The notes under the pieces are model-generated. The model made no database searches. It was given only the letters and a program-made list of their open reading frames with translations, and was not told where the DNA came from. From Enoplolaimus lenunculus (taxonomy: Eukaryota), in assembly GCA_030248215.1 (NCBI GenBank), contig JASANG010004128.1, forward strand, positions 310,001 to 374,000: a DNA stretch of 64,000 nt. Direction: 5' to 3'. Positions within the stretch are counted from its first letter, which is position 1, and every line of letters starts with the position of its first letter. The translations under genes were made by a program, and so were the position numbers. This document shows, in pieces, positions 26,657 to 40,600 of the stretch.

Positions 26657-26897
26657 TGGGACGACCGCTTTCCACAAAGTACTGCGAATATAATTGGTTT
26701 TACCCTTAATTTCTCCGAAAGATATGGCCACGCCGGGAATCGAACTTCGGATCTCTGGCTCGCGAGTCAAGCGCGCTACCCATTACACCACGCGGCCGAT
26801 ATCATAATTTCCTCTGGTGCTATATGTGCACGAGCACGTATGTGTCTTTAACATTACACACTCTGTGCATACACAAGCTACGCCACGTATACTCACA
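26288..26897 (-). mobile_element. TRIM M: second, related miniature LTR retrotransposon with tRNA-like cassette in its LTRs
   Basis: 5' LTR 26897-26640 and 3' LTR 26543-26288 (TGTGAG...CTGATA). PBS tggaggtccaccgagat at 26639-26623. PPT aaagaagggggaa at 26556-26544. 5-bp TSD GTTAT at 26283-26287 and 26898-26902. Confidence 0.85.
26725..26797 (-). pseudogene. tRNA-like (Pol III A/B-box) cassette within the TRIM M LTR; further copies at 26374-26446 and 25964-26036
   Basis: GGCCGCG TG GTGTAATGGGTAGCGC G CTTGA CTCGCGA GCCAG AGATC CGAAG TTCGATT CCCGG CGTGGCC A. Acceptor and D stems pair. Anticodon and T stems are broken. Loop triplet is CGC. Confidence 0.8.
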
Positions 26898-28012
26898 GTT
26901 ATTAGCAAAGTGAATAGGTTACTAACAGCATTGCACATCAGAAATTTATTAGGCTTCTATAAACACAAACGACAGCGACGCTGCAGACGATATTTCCCTT
27001 GTCTGGTTTGGAACCTCGAGTATCTTAGGAGAAACGATGAAAAAAGATTTTCTATGAAATTGATGCTTTTGCATAACTATACCTATTATTAATCATCTCT
27101 AGAGATGACTCACGACTAGCTACGGTATTAAAAATATGCTTCAGTTGTAGAATACGACTACGATAAAACAATCGTGTACAGATGCGGCAACATTTTTAGT
27201 TTTCAATTTGACCCAAAGCTGGAGTTGAAGCAAAGTTAAATAATAAAATTTGTGTGAAACGTGCCGTATTTGGCAATGATAAGTTACAAAACGACTTACT
27301 TTTTTACTAAATCCGAATTTGACTTTAAAGCAAAGGTTCTTGTTAAATTTTTTGCCTGCCAGTTAAAGCTATGGTGCCAGAAACTTTACTTTTAATTTAC
27401 ACCTTCTAGTTCTGATTTTGTAGTTAGATGAGTACTTGAATGAGAAATGTGCTCTTGTCAAACCGGTTTGTTTGACTTTTAAACTTTAATCAAGCTGCCA
27501 TGTTGTTCGAATTCGACTCAAGGCTAAAGTCGACTTACGTCTCATGTAACGATCAGAGGCGGAACGTGGTACTGGAATGGGGTAAGCTTAAGCTTTAGAC
27601 TATTTTTTGCTTATGTTGAGGTATAAGCTCATTCTTAAAATTTAGGCTGAGGCTTTCAGAATATGCTTATACTACTGTTTCGCCCCTTTTCTATATATTG
27701 GACAGATACGTTAAGCGCTCTGTTAAGTTTTCTAATATAAATGGCGCATATTAAACTCTTGCTCCATGTATAAACCACTTGAGGACCGTTTTCCCTGGAA
27801 ATACCATAATATAAATGTCAAGCTTTAGACTACTTTTGTTTGCGGCCTATATTGGTGAATCTTTGGGAAATCACCTGGACTACTGTTGGTTTTTTTCGAA
27901 AAAATTGAATCGACTGGTGAAGGTTTTTTCCGGAAAAAACGGAATAATTGAAAACCAAGCACTAATGCTTCCACAAGTGTAAGACGTAAAGAACGTTAAC
28001 GAATCTTTTATG

Positions 28013-28401
28013 CAGGGTGCAAATGGAATCCGATTCCGGTAGGGAAATCCGGTACTTTTTCACCGGAACTGCCCGGTGTTTTCGGCATTAAAAATTTTTT
28101 CTCATTCGAAAATTTAAGAAAAATTGACATATCGTAACTATTTTTCTAAAGTTATCTGAGCGTGTATTGCCAAAATTTTTAATTTGTGTCATACTTTGAT
28201 CATACTTTTCAAGCTACTGCATTTGTTTCATAATTTTGGCATTCTAAATGGTGTGTTTACACCGTTAAAATCGATAAAATATCGCTAAAAATGAATTTTT
28301 CGGTGACAAGAATTTTTTGTTTTTTGGTTCCGGCTGCGGTTCCGGTGTTTTTTAAATTTCCGGTTCCGATTCCTGTGTTTTATAGTTCCGGTTGCACCCT
28401 G
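28013..28401. mobile_element. Second copy of the 7547-7960 hAT-like MITE
   Basis: Same TIRs and homologous interior; TSD is degenerate. Confidence 0.75.
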
Positions 28402-31400
28402 CATTTGTCAAGCGGAAAAATGGTAGGAGAAACAAACTAGTTTATTGATAATACTGTAGTGACCCGAATAAGAGGAGGGGGACTGATATTTATTTGGTCT
28501 TTCTAGAGAATGCTAAAGATGGGCACCGGATATCTGGATATAGAAAGTATCCGGATATGTATCCGAAAAGAAATGTTTATCCGGATATCCGAAATGCTAT
28601 ATTGTGTAACAAAATTTTGCAATAATTTGCATCGTTTCATTATTAAAGTAGCTGGAGCTGACGAAAACAAATTGTGTATTCAAACCTGAGTTAACCCTCT
28701 AACTCAGAGTATATATACTATGAGCAAATAAATAATATACAAGCAATATAGATATTGTGAGCAGTGTTTAACAAATGTAACATATATGCGCAGGGCAAAA
28801 TCTCCACAAGACGTGAGTGCCCCCTAGGGCTCGAGCGTCAAGAGCGCCCTCGTGCTCGATCGTCAAGCTCCTATAGCTCAGTGGTCTTCGTAAACGCCTC
28901 CCACCCGTGAGACTGGGGTTCGAATCTTACCTTGAAAATTCATGTGAGAAACGGTTAAAATATTGAGCCACACATAGTTCCATGATAATTTAACAGTTTG
29001 ATTTCTTAAACAATGCCGAAATTAAAAAACTTCAGTTTATCTTGATATTTATCAGAATAATGACCTCGAATTTTTAAATTCTCAAAACTAACCCAGTGAA
29101 AATTTTGCATCGGATACGTATACCATCAAGTACAAACAGTATTTTTGTCAGACACAAAATCTATACATATACCAAGTCGCGTCGTGAGATCGTATATATA
29201 CTGGGCGTTACTTTAAATTCTGATCGCTCTTGGTTTAGGAACCAAATATTAAGACTAGAGCGGGTCCTGAGAATATGGACTATAGATGGGCACGATATCC
29301 GGATATGAAAAATATCCAGATATGTATCCGAAATGAAACGTGTACCCGGATATCCGAAATGCTTTTGTCTAAAATTTTTTTGAAATAATTTGCATGGTTT
29401 CACCACCAAAGTAGCCGGAGCCCTGGTTGTTGGCCGGAAAAAAATTACCGGAAAAAATGGTTTTTTCCATTTTTTCAATTTTTTTCTGAGGGGGAATGGA
29501 AAAAAATGGAAAAATATTAAACGATTCTTAAATATAGTTTGTAGGTAAATATGGTATAAAATAATATTTTTAGGTAACATCCAACAAATTTTCATGCAAC
29601 ATATTAACAGTGACTGTGTGTATATGGTCACTAGGACACATTATATGTCCAAAAAACGCGAAAATTGCAGCATATAAATATATAAATGAATTTCAGAATT
29701 GAAACTTTGCCACGAGAGTCGATGTAAAACTAACTACATATGCAACTTGTTCGGTTCAGTCAACAGGTTTCGTCGACAGTGGGGCGTCCAAAGTTAGGGT
29801 ACTCAAAATTGAAAGCTAGCTTTTACCGTGTGATTTAACACAAGAATACGTCTAGCTTCAACCCCTGCCTTGCTCGCGAGGTTGCAGCAATTGAAAGGCT
29901 TCGGTGTCAGAAATAACCCAAAAGTATATATTGGGATTTAATGTATACTTATAAAAAGTGACTTGTTTAACTCGCTCCACTCATGAGTTTCTGATGTTCC
30001 GATGACCTCCACCGGTTATTCCGTGCCAAAGCTTAAATTTTTAAAAAATTCTAATTTTAAGGTTCCAAATTCCTCCACTGGACTCAAAATGTTTTTGTCA
30101 AAAAATTATACAAATTATATACCATTTGACACAGGTTGCGGAGCTAAGACGAATATTGTTAAATGTTTTCCAATCAGACGTCTTCCAAACAAGTCTGTGA
30201 TATATAATATATACAACTTATCGAAAAAATTTTGGGTCCCAGGGGGAACTTGTGGCCTTAAAAATCGAATTTTTCAAAAATTCAGATTTGGGCATGGAAT
30301 GATTACAGGATGTCATCCGAAGCAGAAATATGCAGAAACTTTCAAAATGGAACCTTTTTTGGGCAAACGACAGCTAAGGGAGGGCTAACCGATCACTCAG
30401 GCAAAGAGTGAATTTTTTCCATTTTTTTCCATTTTTTCCGGAAAAGAACAACCCTGTCTGGAGCTGACGAAAAAAATTCTGGATCCAAGTATCTATTGTG
30501 GATTCGATACGCTTTGGTGGGTTAAAATTTGGCCAATTTCATAAGAGATAAGGCGAATTTAGTCATTTTTAGTTAATTGTAGTTTATTGGAGCAATATTC
30601 GAGTTTTTCAATGTGTTAATTGTTTGGATAATTTTAATTATACGGCCGAGCCTACTAAGTCTACGCGTAAGTCTAAACATACGCCTGAGACTACCGGTCT
30701 CTAATTGCCCCGTTCCCCAGTCTGCCAGTGAAACGATCTCAAATGCTTGATTGAAACTCGCAAAGAATGCGTAAACTTTGAAGTTTCTTGATCACATCAC
30801 TATATATTCGTTTGCGGGAAATTAGCTATTTGTTCAGCATGTTAATTATGTATTATATATATTTGGATGCAATCCGTTGCTATTTCGTCTCAATCAGTTT
30901 CGTGTTCTGCTTTTTTGATGCTCGGACATTTAATAAAACTGGTTTCAAAGGGGGTTGGGCATGGCCCCCTTAGGTCTCTTTGGCACTATCCTTGCCAAAT
31001 ATCGCCAAATTATAACAATACTGTAGTGACCCGAATAATAAGGGTGGCTGACATTTATTTGATTTCTCCAGAGGGTGCCCCCTGTTACTCGGTTACGGAC
31101 TGTTATTTATTTTTATCCCGTCCTCCGCCACACTTCGTTACACATATATCCGGTATTGTAACTAACCCTTGAATTGAATATTTATTTGCCTTGTACCAAA
31201 AGCTTTAGCCATAATGCAAGGTTATTATTAGGAACGTACTTTGAAAACTTATGTACGCTTCAAAGTTTTGAACTCACCTTTATTTGGTTCTGGAGGCATT
31301 TATGCGCTACTATGGGACATCCACGTTATTATGCGAGCGGTAATGTAAAAATTTGTCCAATTACCCGGTAGGGATCTGTGTACAAATCGAAGCTGCAACT

Positions 31401-32553
31401 AGCATGTAGGTACAATTTCGTGCTGTACGTAGTCACTTCTCGACACTGTCCGAAGGGAGTCGGGACAAAAGGTAAAAAATTAAGTAAAATAAACAAGTGT
31501 ATATGTGTTTGTGTTGTTATGTATGTTTGCGATGCTATACGAACGCAGTGCAATATGTCTTTACATCCTCGTTAGGGATACCGGACTTTATGGTGGTCTC
31601 GTAACAAAGTGTGTTAAAACGACGTCGGGTCTTACTCAGACCTAGACATCTTTTGCAGTAGCGCATGCAGTGGTCCCTGCAGTACTGGCATAATAAATAC
31701 CGTTTTTAGAATTGTATCTTTTATGCTCATATCAATTTGTTTGAGGGTCAGGGTACTTTCTTTAGAGCAACAAGTTAAAACAAGTGCTTCAGCATCGAAA
31801 ATCGAGGTTCGGAAACTCAAAAAACACAAAATCGAGTTTCGGATATCCGAAATAGAAAATTTCATTTCGGATATCCGGATATATACAAATATCCGGATAA
31901 ATATCCGGCAAGAATTGCCGGATATCCGGATATGAAAAAATATCCGATGCCCATCACTAATATGAACAAATATTACTTTTAGCAATGTAATAATCAAAAC
32001 AAATTCCTAAGTTTAGGCTTCAGCGTAAAAAAACAAGTTTAAAACAAAGCTTAGCCTAAACCCAAGCAACAATTAGTCTAAAATTTAAGCGTAGTCAATT
32101 TCGGGCTAGTGAAAAGGCAGGCACAAGCGGATCCAGAGGGGGCGGGCCAGACTCGTCAGAAATTTATTTGTAATAAAATGGTAAGGTTCTTATACCTTTA
32201 CAAATTAGATTAAGGGTGAGATAGAATTGGAAACAACCCAAATCAACTCAAATTTCAGGTGGCCAACGTTAATTTTTGTTACTCAGCAGCAATCTTCTAA
32301 ACCGAATACCCAGCAGTGAAACAGATGCATATATAATAAAAAACTAGTCTCAGATTTGTATGTTTTACGTTCATAGCAATAGCTTGCGAGTCAGGTTACT
32401 TCCCTTAGAGCAACAGGTTAAAACAGCGCTTAGGAAACGAAAATTGAGATTCGGAATCCCAAAAAACGCAAAATCGAGTTTCCGATATCCGAAATAGAAA
32501 ATTTAATTTCGGATATTCAGATATGACTGGAGTCACTTATGCGCTACAGCTAG

Positions 32554-32910
32554 CAGGGTGCAACCGGAGGTGAAAAATGCCGGAGCCGGAGGTCAACGAA
32601 ATTTGCCGGAGCCGCAGCCGGAGGTGAGGCGAAATTAGGTAGTAACGATGATGGTCAGCTAGTTAATTTTAGCCAATATCTGCAATATGTTGTTAATTGG
32701 TTTGGTTTTACGCTAATTTTCTGCGAATTTTCGGAAATTCTTTCCTGAAAATTGTGACAAAAGTAAAACGAAACTCGTTCAAACACATAAATTTTGCAAA
32801 ATTCTGCAATATGTTACAATAGAAATTGCCGGAACTTCCGGCAAAAATTTTACAGGAACTGGAGGCCGATTTTCTGCCGGAGCCGGAAGCAGACCTCCGG
32901 TTGTTCCCTG
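32554..32910. mobile_element. CAGGG-TIR MITE, second subfamily (relatives at ~2771-3050, 14417-14598, 34140-34420, 52260-52395)
   Basis: cagggtgcaaccggaggt ... acctccggttgttccctg with repeated ccggag motifs. Confidence 0.7.
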
Positions 32911-34677
32911 ACTTATTAGGGATACGAACTCTTATTGATTGGGACTCAAAATGGGGACCCCCTCTTATTCGGGTCACTACAGTATTTGGCTTGTATCAAA
33001 TAAGTACTTGAGCGATAATGCAAAGTTATACTTCGGAATGTACTTTCAAAAATCAACTTTATTCTGTCCTGGAGTCTTTCATACATTAAAATTGAGGATA
33101 ATGGACATTTATGGACTCAAATTATTGTGTGGGGACTATCCACTTATTGTCTCTTATTAAGGATACGGACTCTTATTGACTGGAACTCAAATCAGCATTT
33201 ACGTTGACGAGAGCATGAGAACAATTTTTTTCGGTTTTCCTTGACGTTTTGTCGCTGTTTTGAATGTAATTTACTGCGGTTAATAAAAGTTTTTCCGTTT
33301 TTCCACCCCCTCAGAAAAAAAAACAGTTTTTCCATTGGGTTTTAACGGTGTCCAACCCTGACCTGGGCAAAGCCATTTTAACATATTATGGTAGTTATCA
33401 GAGCTACATTTGAATTTCCACGGGCAGCCAATCTGGAGGGTAGTAATTAATTTTACTTATTATATTAAAGCCCATGACAGGTGCTGCAATAACTATGGAC
33501 TGTTTTTATTTTCCGCATACCAAAATTAAACTGAATGAGAGGCGCACTTAAATGTTAGATATCATTAAATCCCATACAAAACTGACATTTGCAAAAAATG
33601 CTGGATACCTGAATCCAAAATTTTGGGATAATTAAACAAAGTAGAAACAGAATAACGTTCCTGCTATTGGTAATCAATAAAAAAATTAAAGTTCGACTTC
33701 TGAACTAAACGAAAATCACAACAAAGATCGGAAAAACTAACGAGTTTCTGTCTAGTATATGATTGAAAATTTTCAAAAACTTCTCCACAGACATACCTAA
33801 GTTGAACGCATTCTACAAAGGCATATAAAAAATATTTTTCTTCGTAAAATTTATGACTGGTATAAAACGCACTCGTCGTGTCTTTTGTTAGACTGGAGCT
33901 TACGGTTGCTCATTGTTACTCATTCAGAAATGCGAAAAAAATTTATAAACGAAAAAATTATTATTAACTCCCTACTATTACATGACCTGTATGCAGATAG
34001 CCAAGTTCAAATTGCAATCATTTTTGCTTATGGAATAGAACAACACTCGCTCATTAATTCGAGTTTATGTTTCATCAATTTAGTTTTGATACAAACGTTA
34101 TTATAAATAAGTTTGTTGCTAACAGGTATAATCAAGTGCAGGTCAGCCTCCGGCAGAAAATCGCCATCGGCTCCGGGCGAATTTCTGCCAAAGGCTCCGG
34201 CAATTTCGGTAGTGAAATTTTGCAATATTTTACAAAATATAATATGTTTGATACGTTTCGTTTCAACTTTTTATACACTTTTAAGAAAAAATTTATCAAT
34301 GTTTCAAAAAAATAAGCGTAAAAACCAAAAGATTTGCCAAAACCTTAAAGTTTTTAACTACCTAATTTCGCCTCACTTACGGCAAAATGTATTTCCGGTA
34401 TTTTTCAGCTCTGGTTGCGCCACGATTGCTAATCGTATAAAAATTGCAAAGACTATTTAATACAAAACCAATTAACTTTTCGTATCATTTTTGAAACGAT
34501 TCCATGACAATCGTGTAATGCTTTCCATATTCGGACAACAAAAGTAATCTTACCTAAGAAATTTTACCCATCAAGGTGCATCGATGCATACATCGTTAAA
34601 CACACAAAGTCAAGTACAATCATGTTTCATAAATTGGTTTTCGTTTGCACGCATTATTCACCAGAACGAATCAGAAA

Positions 34678-37600
34678 TCACGGCAGCACAAGACCGAGGC
34701 CTTCATCATCAGGCAACGTGGAGCTTGACTGAAATTTAAACATACAAAATGTTTTTTATAATAGTGAGATTTCCATGGTTATAAACCCAAAAGTATTTTT
34801 ATCTGTAAGTACATAGTTTTCACTTTAAAGCTTGAAATATTATGCGGCTTTACATCCAATGCACTACGAATACTGTACCACTTTATTTGAACACTACATT
34901 GCATGCGGTAAGCACACGTCATACAAGTTCATCTCAACAGTGTTAACGATATCTAGTTACAGAAACACATTATTGTGTCTTCACGCACTTATCATATAAC
35001 GTGAACATTTTATTGAAATATTGCTATATGAGGCCCAGTAAATTTTGTGAGGCTGCCAAATTGTACAATGAACGCATTTCAAATCCGAAATGACAGTCTA
35101 ACCTTGTTTACTTTTCGCTGAAAATCTGCGCTTAGAAGTAGCGCCTCGTCCATGCCAGCGACAAGTTTTTCTTGTTCAATGCAAAGTCTTAGCTGTAACG
35201 AAAACAATAATGTATTATTCGATGTAGCAAAATATACAATAAAACAACATTACACAAAGGTGTATCTCAAAGGTGTATCTAGGAGGAGCTTGAATGCTAA
35301 GCAGCAGATTAAGTTTCACAATGTATGCATATTAATGCTAAATAAATGATAACGGTTAGTAACCTGTTCGTCAAGAGACGCAAGAGTGTCCAAACTGGCA
35401 AACTTTTCAGGATTGTCTTCAAAATAGACCATGCCGTCTCGCTGATTAATTGAAGCAAAGATCTCTCCATCTTCAATCTGTTACAACAAAAAATAAGTCG
35501 CTGATGACCGGGCGTTGTTTAACAAAAATTGTAAATGTGAAAATCTTTAGAGCCAACATCCTTCGGTGATGAGCGCGGCAGTTATACTCAGCAACAAAAG
35601 GCGCTTTCATTTCTGACTTTAAATGAAGTAACCTATTTCTGACTTTAAATGAAGTAACATTTAGAAAAATGGTTATGTTCAAATATGTACGTATCGTGAA
35701 CGTATACAGCACAAATCGGTAACTGCTTTAGAGACTGAATTTTGCTCTTAAAGTCTGTACTAATAATATCTGTTTTAATCGGAGTTACTTCACTAACCAT
35801 GTTAATTATGTGCTTTTCTGCCACTGCGGGACTTTCAAGATTGCATTTGTTTGCGACATCTGCCAAACTAAGAGTAACAAATGTCTACAACAATGAATGG
35901 TATAAATTTAAATAAATAACAGAATACTATTATATTGTATATCCCAAAAAGATATTATAAACAGAGCCTGAACGGAAGCATTTCTTAAATCATAAATATT
36001 GAAGAAAAACTAATCCTGCATTTATACATACGTTTGACAGCAGAATAATATAAGCAGCCATCACATGTATCTTGACGTTTTTTGCTATGCTAATTTACGT
36101 ACTCACTACTGAGGCCTCTGTTACAACAACAACAACATAACAGATGTTTTGTATATTATGTTACAGGACTAATAGTTGTAATGAAAATTTAACCACATAT
36201 ATAATACAATAAAGCACAAGTACGCAGCTGTTAAGCAACTAACAAAGAAAACCATCAGTACATACTTTAGTCAGTCTTTGGATGTTTCGCTTGAACAACG
36301 AATTAACCACTTGCTTAACAAGACCAGCATTTTTATCCTGAAACATACAAGGCTATGCAAGAAAAATTAAAATTTATGTTGTGTTGTTTTACATGTATTA
36401 AAATAAAATTCGTGTTTAAACAGATATTTTGCTTCTTAGTAAATTTAAATCCATTAGATGGCATCTAATTGTACCAAATGTCATGTTTGCAGTATGTCAA
36501 ACAACGCAAGATGAAATAGGCTCGAAAATCTGCAAATTAGACAACTCAATCAAGTTTATTAATGCCCGGAATTAATTTTTTAACATCGAAAAGGATCTTG
36601 CGACAACCATGTACAGCTCATCAGATTACCTAGATATAAAGGAAGACGTGTCTCTTTTGAATAAGCAATGCCTTTGTTAAATTTGGTTCTGTAAACATTT
36701 GTAAACAATATAACACTTACAGCAATATAAACATGCTGATTCTGAGCAGCAACGGTATTCAATCTCTCCGAATCCCGACTGACATAAGCTGTAGCTAACT
36801 CCGTGTATGCAACGCACAAAGGCTGAAACACGGTTAAAAATCAGTAAAACGGTTGAAAAATACGGCATATGTAGTATCACTATTGAATATGCGCGTGCAA
36901 CACAAACTGGAAATAGCGTGGTAGAACGCATACCTAAACTATCTAAACTATAACTTAGCACGTCTAGGAGGCCTGGAGATTTACCGAGGTTCCAAAAACA
37001 AGTTTCGAATACGACTATTGAACAAGATATATTAATGTTCGAAAAATTCATTCTCGCGACAGCTGGAATTTTTGGTCGTACTTGTATTCTAACCAGGCGT
37101 CTGATATACAAAACATAGCGAATTCAAAAACCATCCAGTTTATTGAAACTAAGCAAACAACAACAAAAATAACTAACTTACATTTATAAAACGATGCACA
37201 ACGTTCGAAGTGTATTTCGGCACTTTTGGAAATCGGCCATGCAGTAACAACGACACCAAAATATACTTTTTGTAAGATTCTAACATAATGTGGCTAACTG
37301 CGGTACAAGGTGTAGTAATTGCCTAAATACGAAAACGATATACTAAATTTACTCGAAAACTCAAAAAATTGCGAAACGCAAAACAGCGTATTTATATGTG
37401 TACGCTATTTCAAGTACCTTAATTCCAAGAATGAGAATTAAAAATTACATCCAACAGGTATTTTGAAAGATCCATCGCCATCAAGATCGACAGTAACTTT
37501 TCATTATCTTTCTATTTCAACCGTTGCAAATGAGCTCGTTGCTGTTCCAAATTACGAATTTTAGAATCCAATAATTGCTGTTGCGCGCGTAATTCTTTGC

Positions 37601-40600
37601 CTTAGAGCAGAGCACTTTTACACGTTTATCCAAGTTATTATATACAGGGGAGACAAATGCATCATCAGGGGAAGACATATATTATGTGTGATATTTTTAA
37701 TACTCTGTTGACGCCTATGCGAGTCAGTGATTTTAATCAAAAATTGAGCATCAGTTTTCCGAACTGGGTCACAGAATTTCAAAGTCCACCTGAATTATTC
37801 CCCGTTTTACAGAAGAAAAACAGTTATAAATGGAAATGATGACAGCTAACATTGTGCTCTACCTTAAAATAATGTTACTATAGTTTTGACCAAAAACCAA
37901 TATCACTATACAATAAAGAAATACACGGAAACTTACAATTTCAAAAAAGAAATATGACCGCGCAAAGTTTTTCAACGTCGCATAGATCATGCCACCGTAA
38001 TAGTAATAAGCCAAGAAATATTTTGCTTCACTAGAATTTTCATTCTAAAGTTAAATCCTATATCCATGTAATAATGGCATCACAGTATTTACAGACCGTG
38101 GCAACGAAGAAGTTAAACTCAAATAAGAGACATGTAATATAGTAACCACAACCGGTCATACATTTCGGATATATCTCACCACTCGTTTTAAATAATTTTC
38201 ATGATAAATATGCCGTGTGTTGAAAACCAACCTAGACTAAGACAGTAAGATTCATACAGATTGAAAACCTAGTCACTGAAACTCGCTGTTTACAGTCAAT
38301 GTCAAATGCGCGTACAAAAATGGTTAACCTGTAACCTCTTTTAAAATATCAGTAATGTCGGTGTCCAAATATGGTAATGCTGGTTTAAGTATCTTTGAGT
38401 GCAAACATAACTATAATACGAAATATAAAAGCCAATAATAGTAAGATTCATACAGATTGAAAACCTAGCCACTGAAACTCGCTGTTTACAGTCAATGTCA
38501 AATGCGCGTACAAAAACGGTTAACCTCTAACCTCTTTTAAAATATCAGTAATGTCGGTGTCCAAATATGGTAATGCTGGTTTAAGTATCTTTGAGTGCAA
38601 ACATAACTATAATACGAAATATAAAAGCTAATAATATATATTTTCCTAGAACATCTTTTCATTGCATTCAACTGAACTCATATCAGAATTAAGGAAGCTA
38701 AACTAAAACGTCAACTCCGATAAAAAGATGATATAAATGATGAAGTAAGTTATGAAATTGATAGTGTCAGCAACCACGTCAATACTTTTGCTGAAAAGTT
38801 CAAATTCTTGCAAAAGTTACAAAATATATAAGCAGTTAGACAAAAATAAAATTATTTTCGATTACACTGCAGCGTTGTTTTAACAACAAATTAGCAAACA
38901 ACAAATTTTACGCAAATGACATACCTGACAAAGATCAGCATGAATTGGTGTCAGTTGAGATGCGGAATTTCGTAAACGATCAATCGCACTTTTCAACAAA
39001 GGTATACCGCGTGAGGACTGTAACAACACTAACATGAATGCCTATTAAACATACGCACACAGATCAACAGGAATTATCTTTCAAAGCAAGTGTCCGATAT
39101 AGTGCGTACGCAACAATTAATACTTAGCGCAAAAGAAGCATTTTAACAAAAACGCCAATACAAGTCAACTTTATAAACTTTAAAAGCAACTAAAACCAAA
39201 AATATAAATAACAGCAAAACTTCGTCGCATGTTTTGAAATACCTGATTTTTGGACGTTAATATTTCTGTTAACTTGTGGCATAGCTCGGAAACTAAAATA
39301 AGATGCGAAAATCATTCTGATAGACAGAAACAACAATGAATGATAGAAAACAATATTAACGTAATGTAGCGTACACTTTCAGCAATCCACTTAACGCAAT
39401 AATATGTGTATTAATACAAATCCAAACAAACAGAGCGGTTGCTAGCAGCTTATGTGCGCACCGCCTAAAAACTTTTAATGCCCACATCGTTTCAGCTCTT
39501 TATTCACAACAGTTAGATTGAGCACACTGCCAATTTGTTTCTATACAAGAACGATAGGTACTCACGAGGATAACGAAGCCAAATCTGTGAGACAAAACAC
39601 AAAAACATGAAATTTTTTCTCTTCAAAATTTGACTACCAACATACTTTGCGCATTTTAAACAAAAAGATTAGCCGGTGAACCGCAATTTTTTATGACAAT
39701 ATCATTGATGGCGAAAAGTAACGGTATTTATATCATTGCTAAACGAATGGTAACAAAACAACGACTGCTTAAGAGCTAGAGTCGTCGTACCGAATTACAA
39801 TCATAAATTTAACATCACGGCTAATTGTCTGTTAGGTTATATGTTTCATTCTATTTTAGTTAGTGGAAACCATAACACCCTTACTAGCACAAAAAGGTGC
39901 GTAATCACAGCAAGAATTCGAATATGCCCACTTGCGAAACAGGTTTATACCGGATACCAGAACCGTATTAGGATGTCGGTTCTTACCGGATGTCAAACCG
40001 GTACCAGATATTCAGTCGCATCCTGATATATAAATAGCAGGGTTCCAACAGGAACCAAATTTCGCCGGAATAGGAACAGGAATTGAATTTCTTTACAGGA
40101 ACCGGAACAGGAACCGGAATTTGAAATAATTTTCATCACCGAATTGCTGTTGGACTTTTTAGAAAATTTGTCAAAAATAACTTAAGCGAATTTTCAACTA
40201 TATACTTCAATATCAAACTTTGTGAAAACGAATCAAAAACAATTTATTAATAAACCGAAAATAATGGCAAAGCACTCATCTCCAAATAACAATTTTCCGA
40301 AGAAAAAGTTTCCCATACTCAAATGATTAGCAATAATTTGACACAAAACCGTAAAATTTTGGTTCCTGCATCTTCGAATGCAGGAGCAGGAACAGGAATT
40401 GAACTTTTTCAGGAATTCCAGAATTTCTGCAGGAATTGCGGTTAAACCGTGATACGCAGGTATATATACAAAAAGGTTGATTTTAAAAGCTAACTTACAC
40501 ACATCTGGTACAGTTCGCATTTGTTCACCATTGCACCCCAAAAAGAACTCTTGTAGCTGCGCAAAAACTAGTTCTATATCTGATCTATCAACATTTTGTA

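Noticed and set aside
25964..26797. Three functional tRNA-Ala(CGC) genes in tandem
   Set aside because: T and anticodon stems do not pair, and the sequences are embedded in LTRs bounded by PBS, PPT and TSDs.
25836..26897. CRISPR-like or true tandem-TRIM array
   Set aside because: Units are long near-identical duplications without unique spacers, and they include flanking TSD and neighbouring-element DNA.
29161..30388. 156-aa and 128-aa ORFs
   Set aside because: They lie within MITE sequence, have low-complexity composition and show no transposase motifs.
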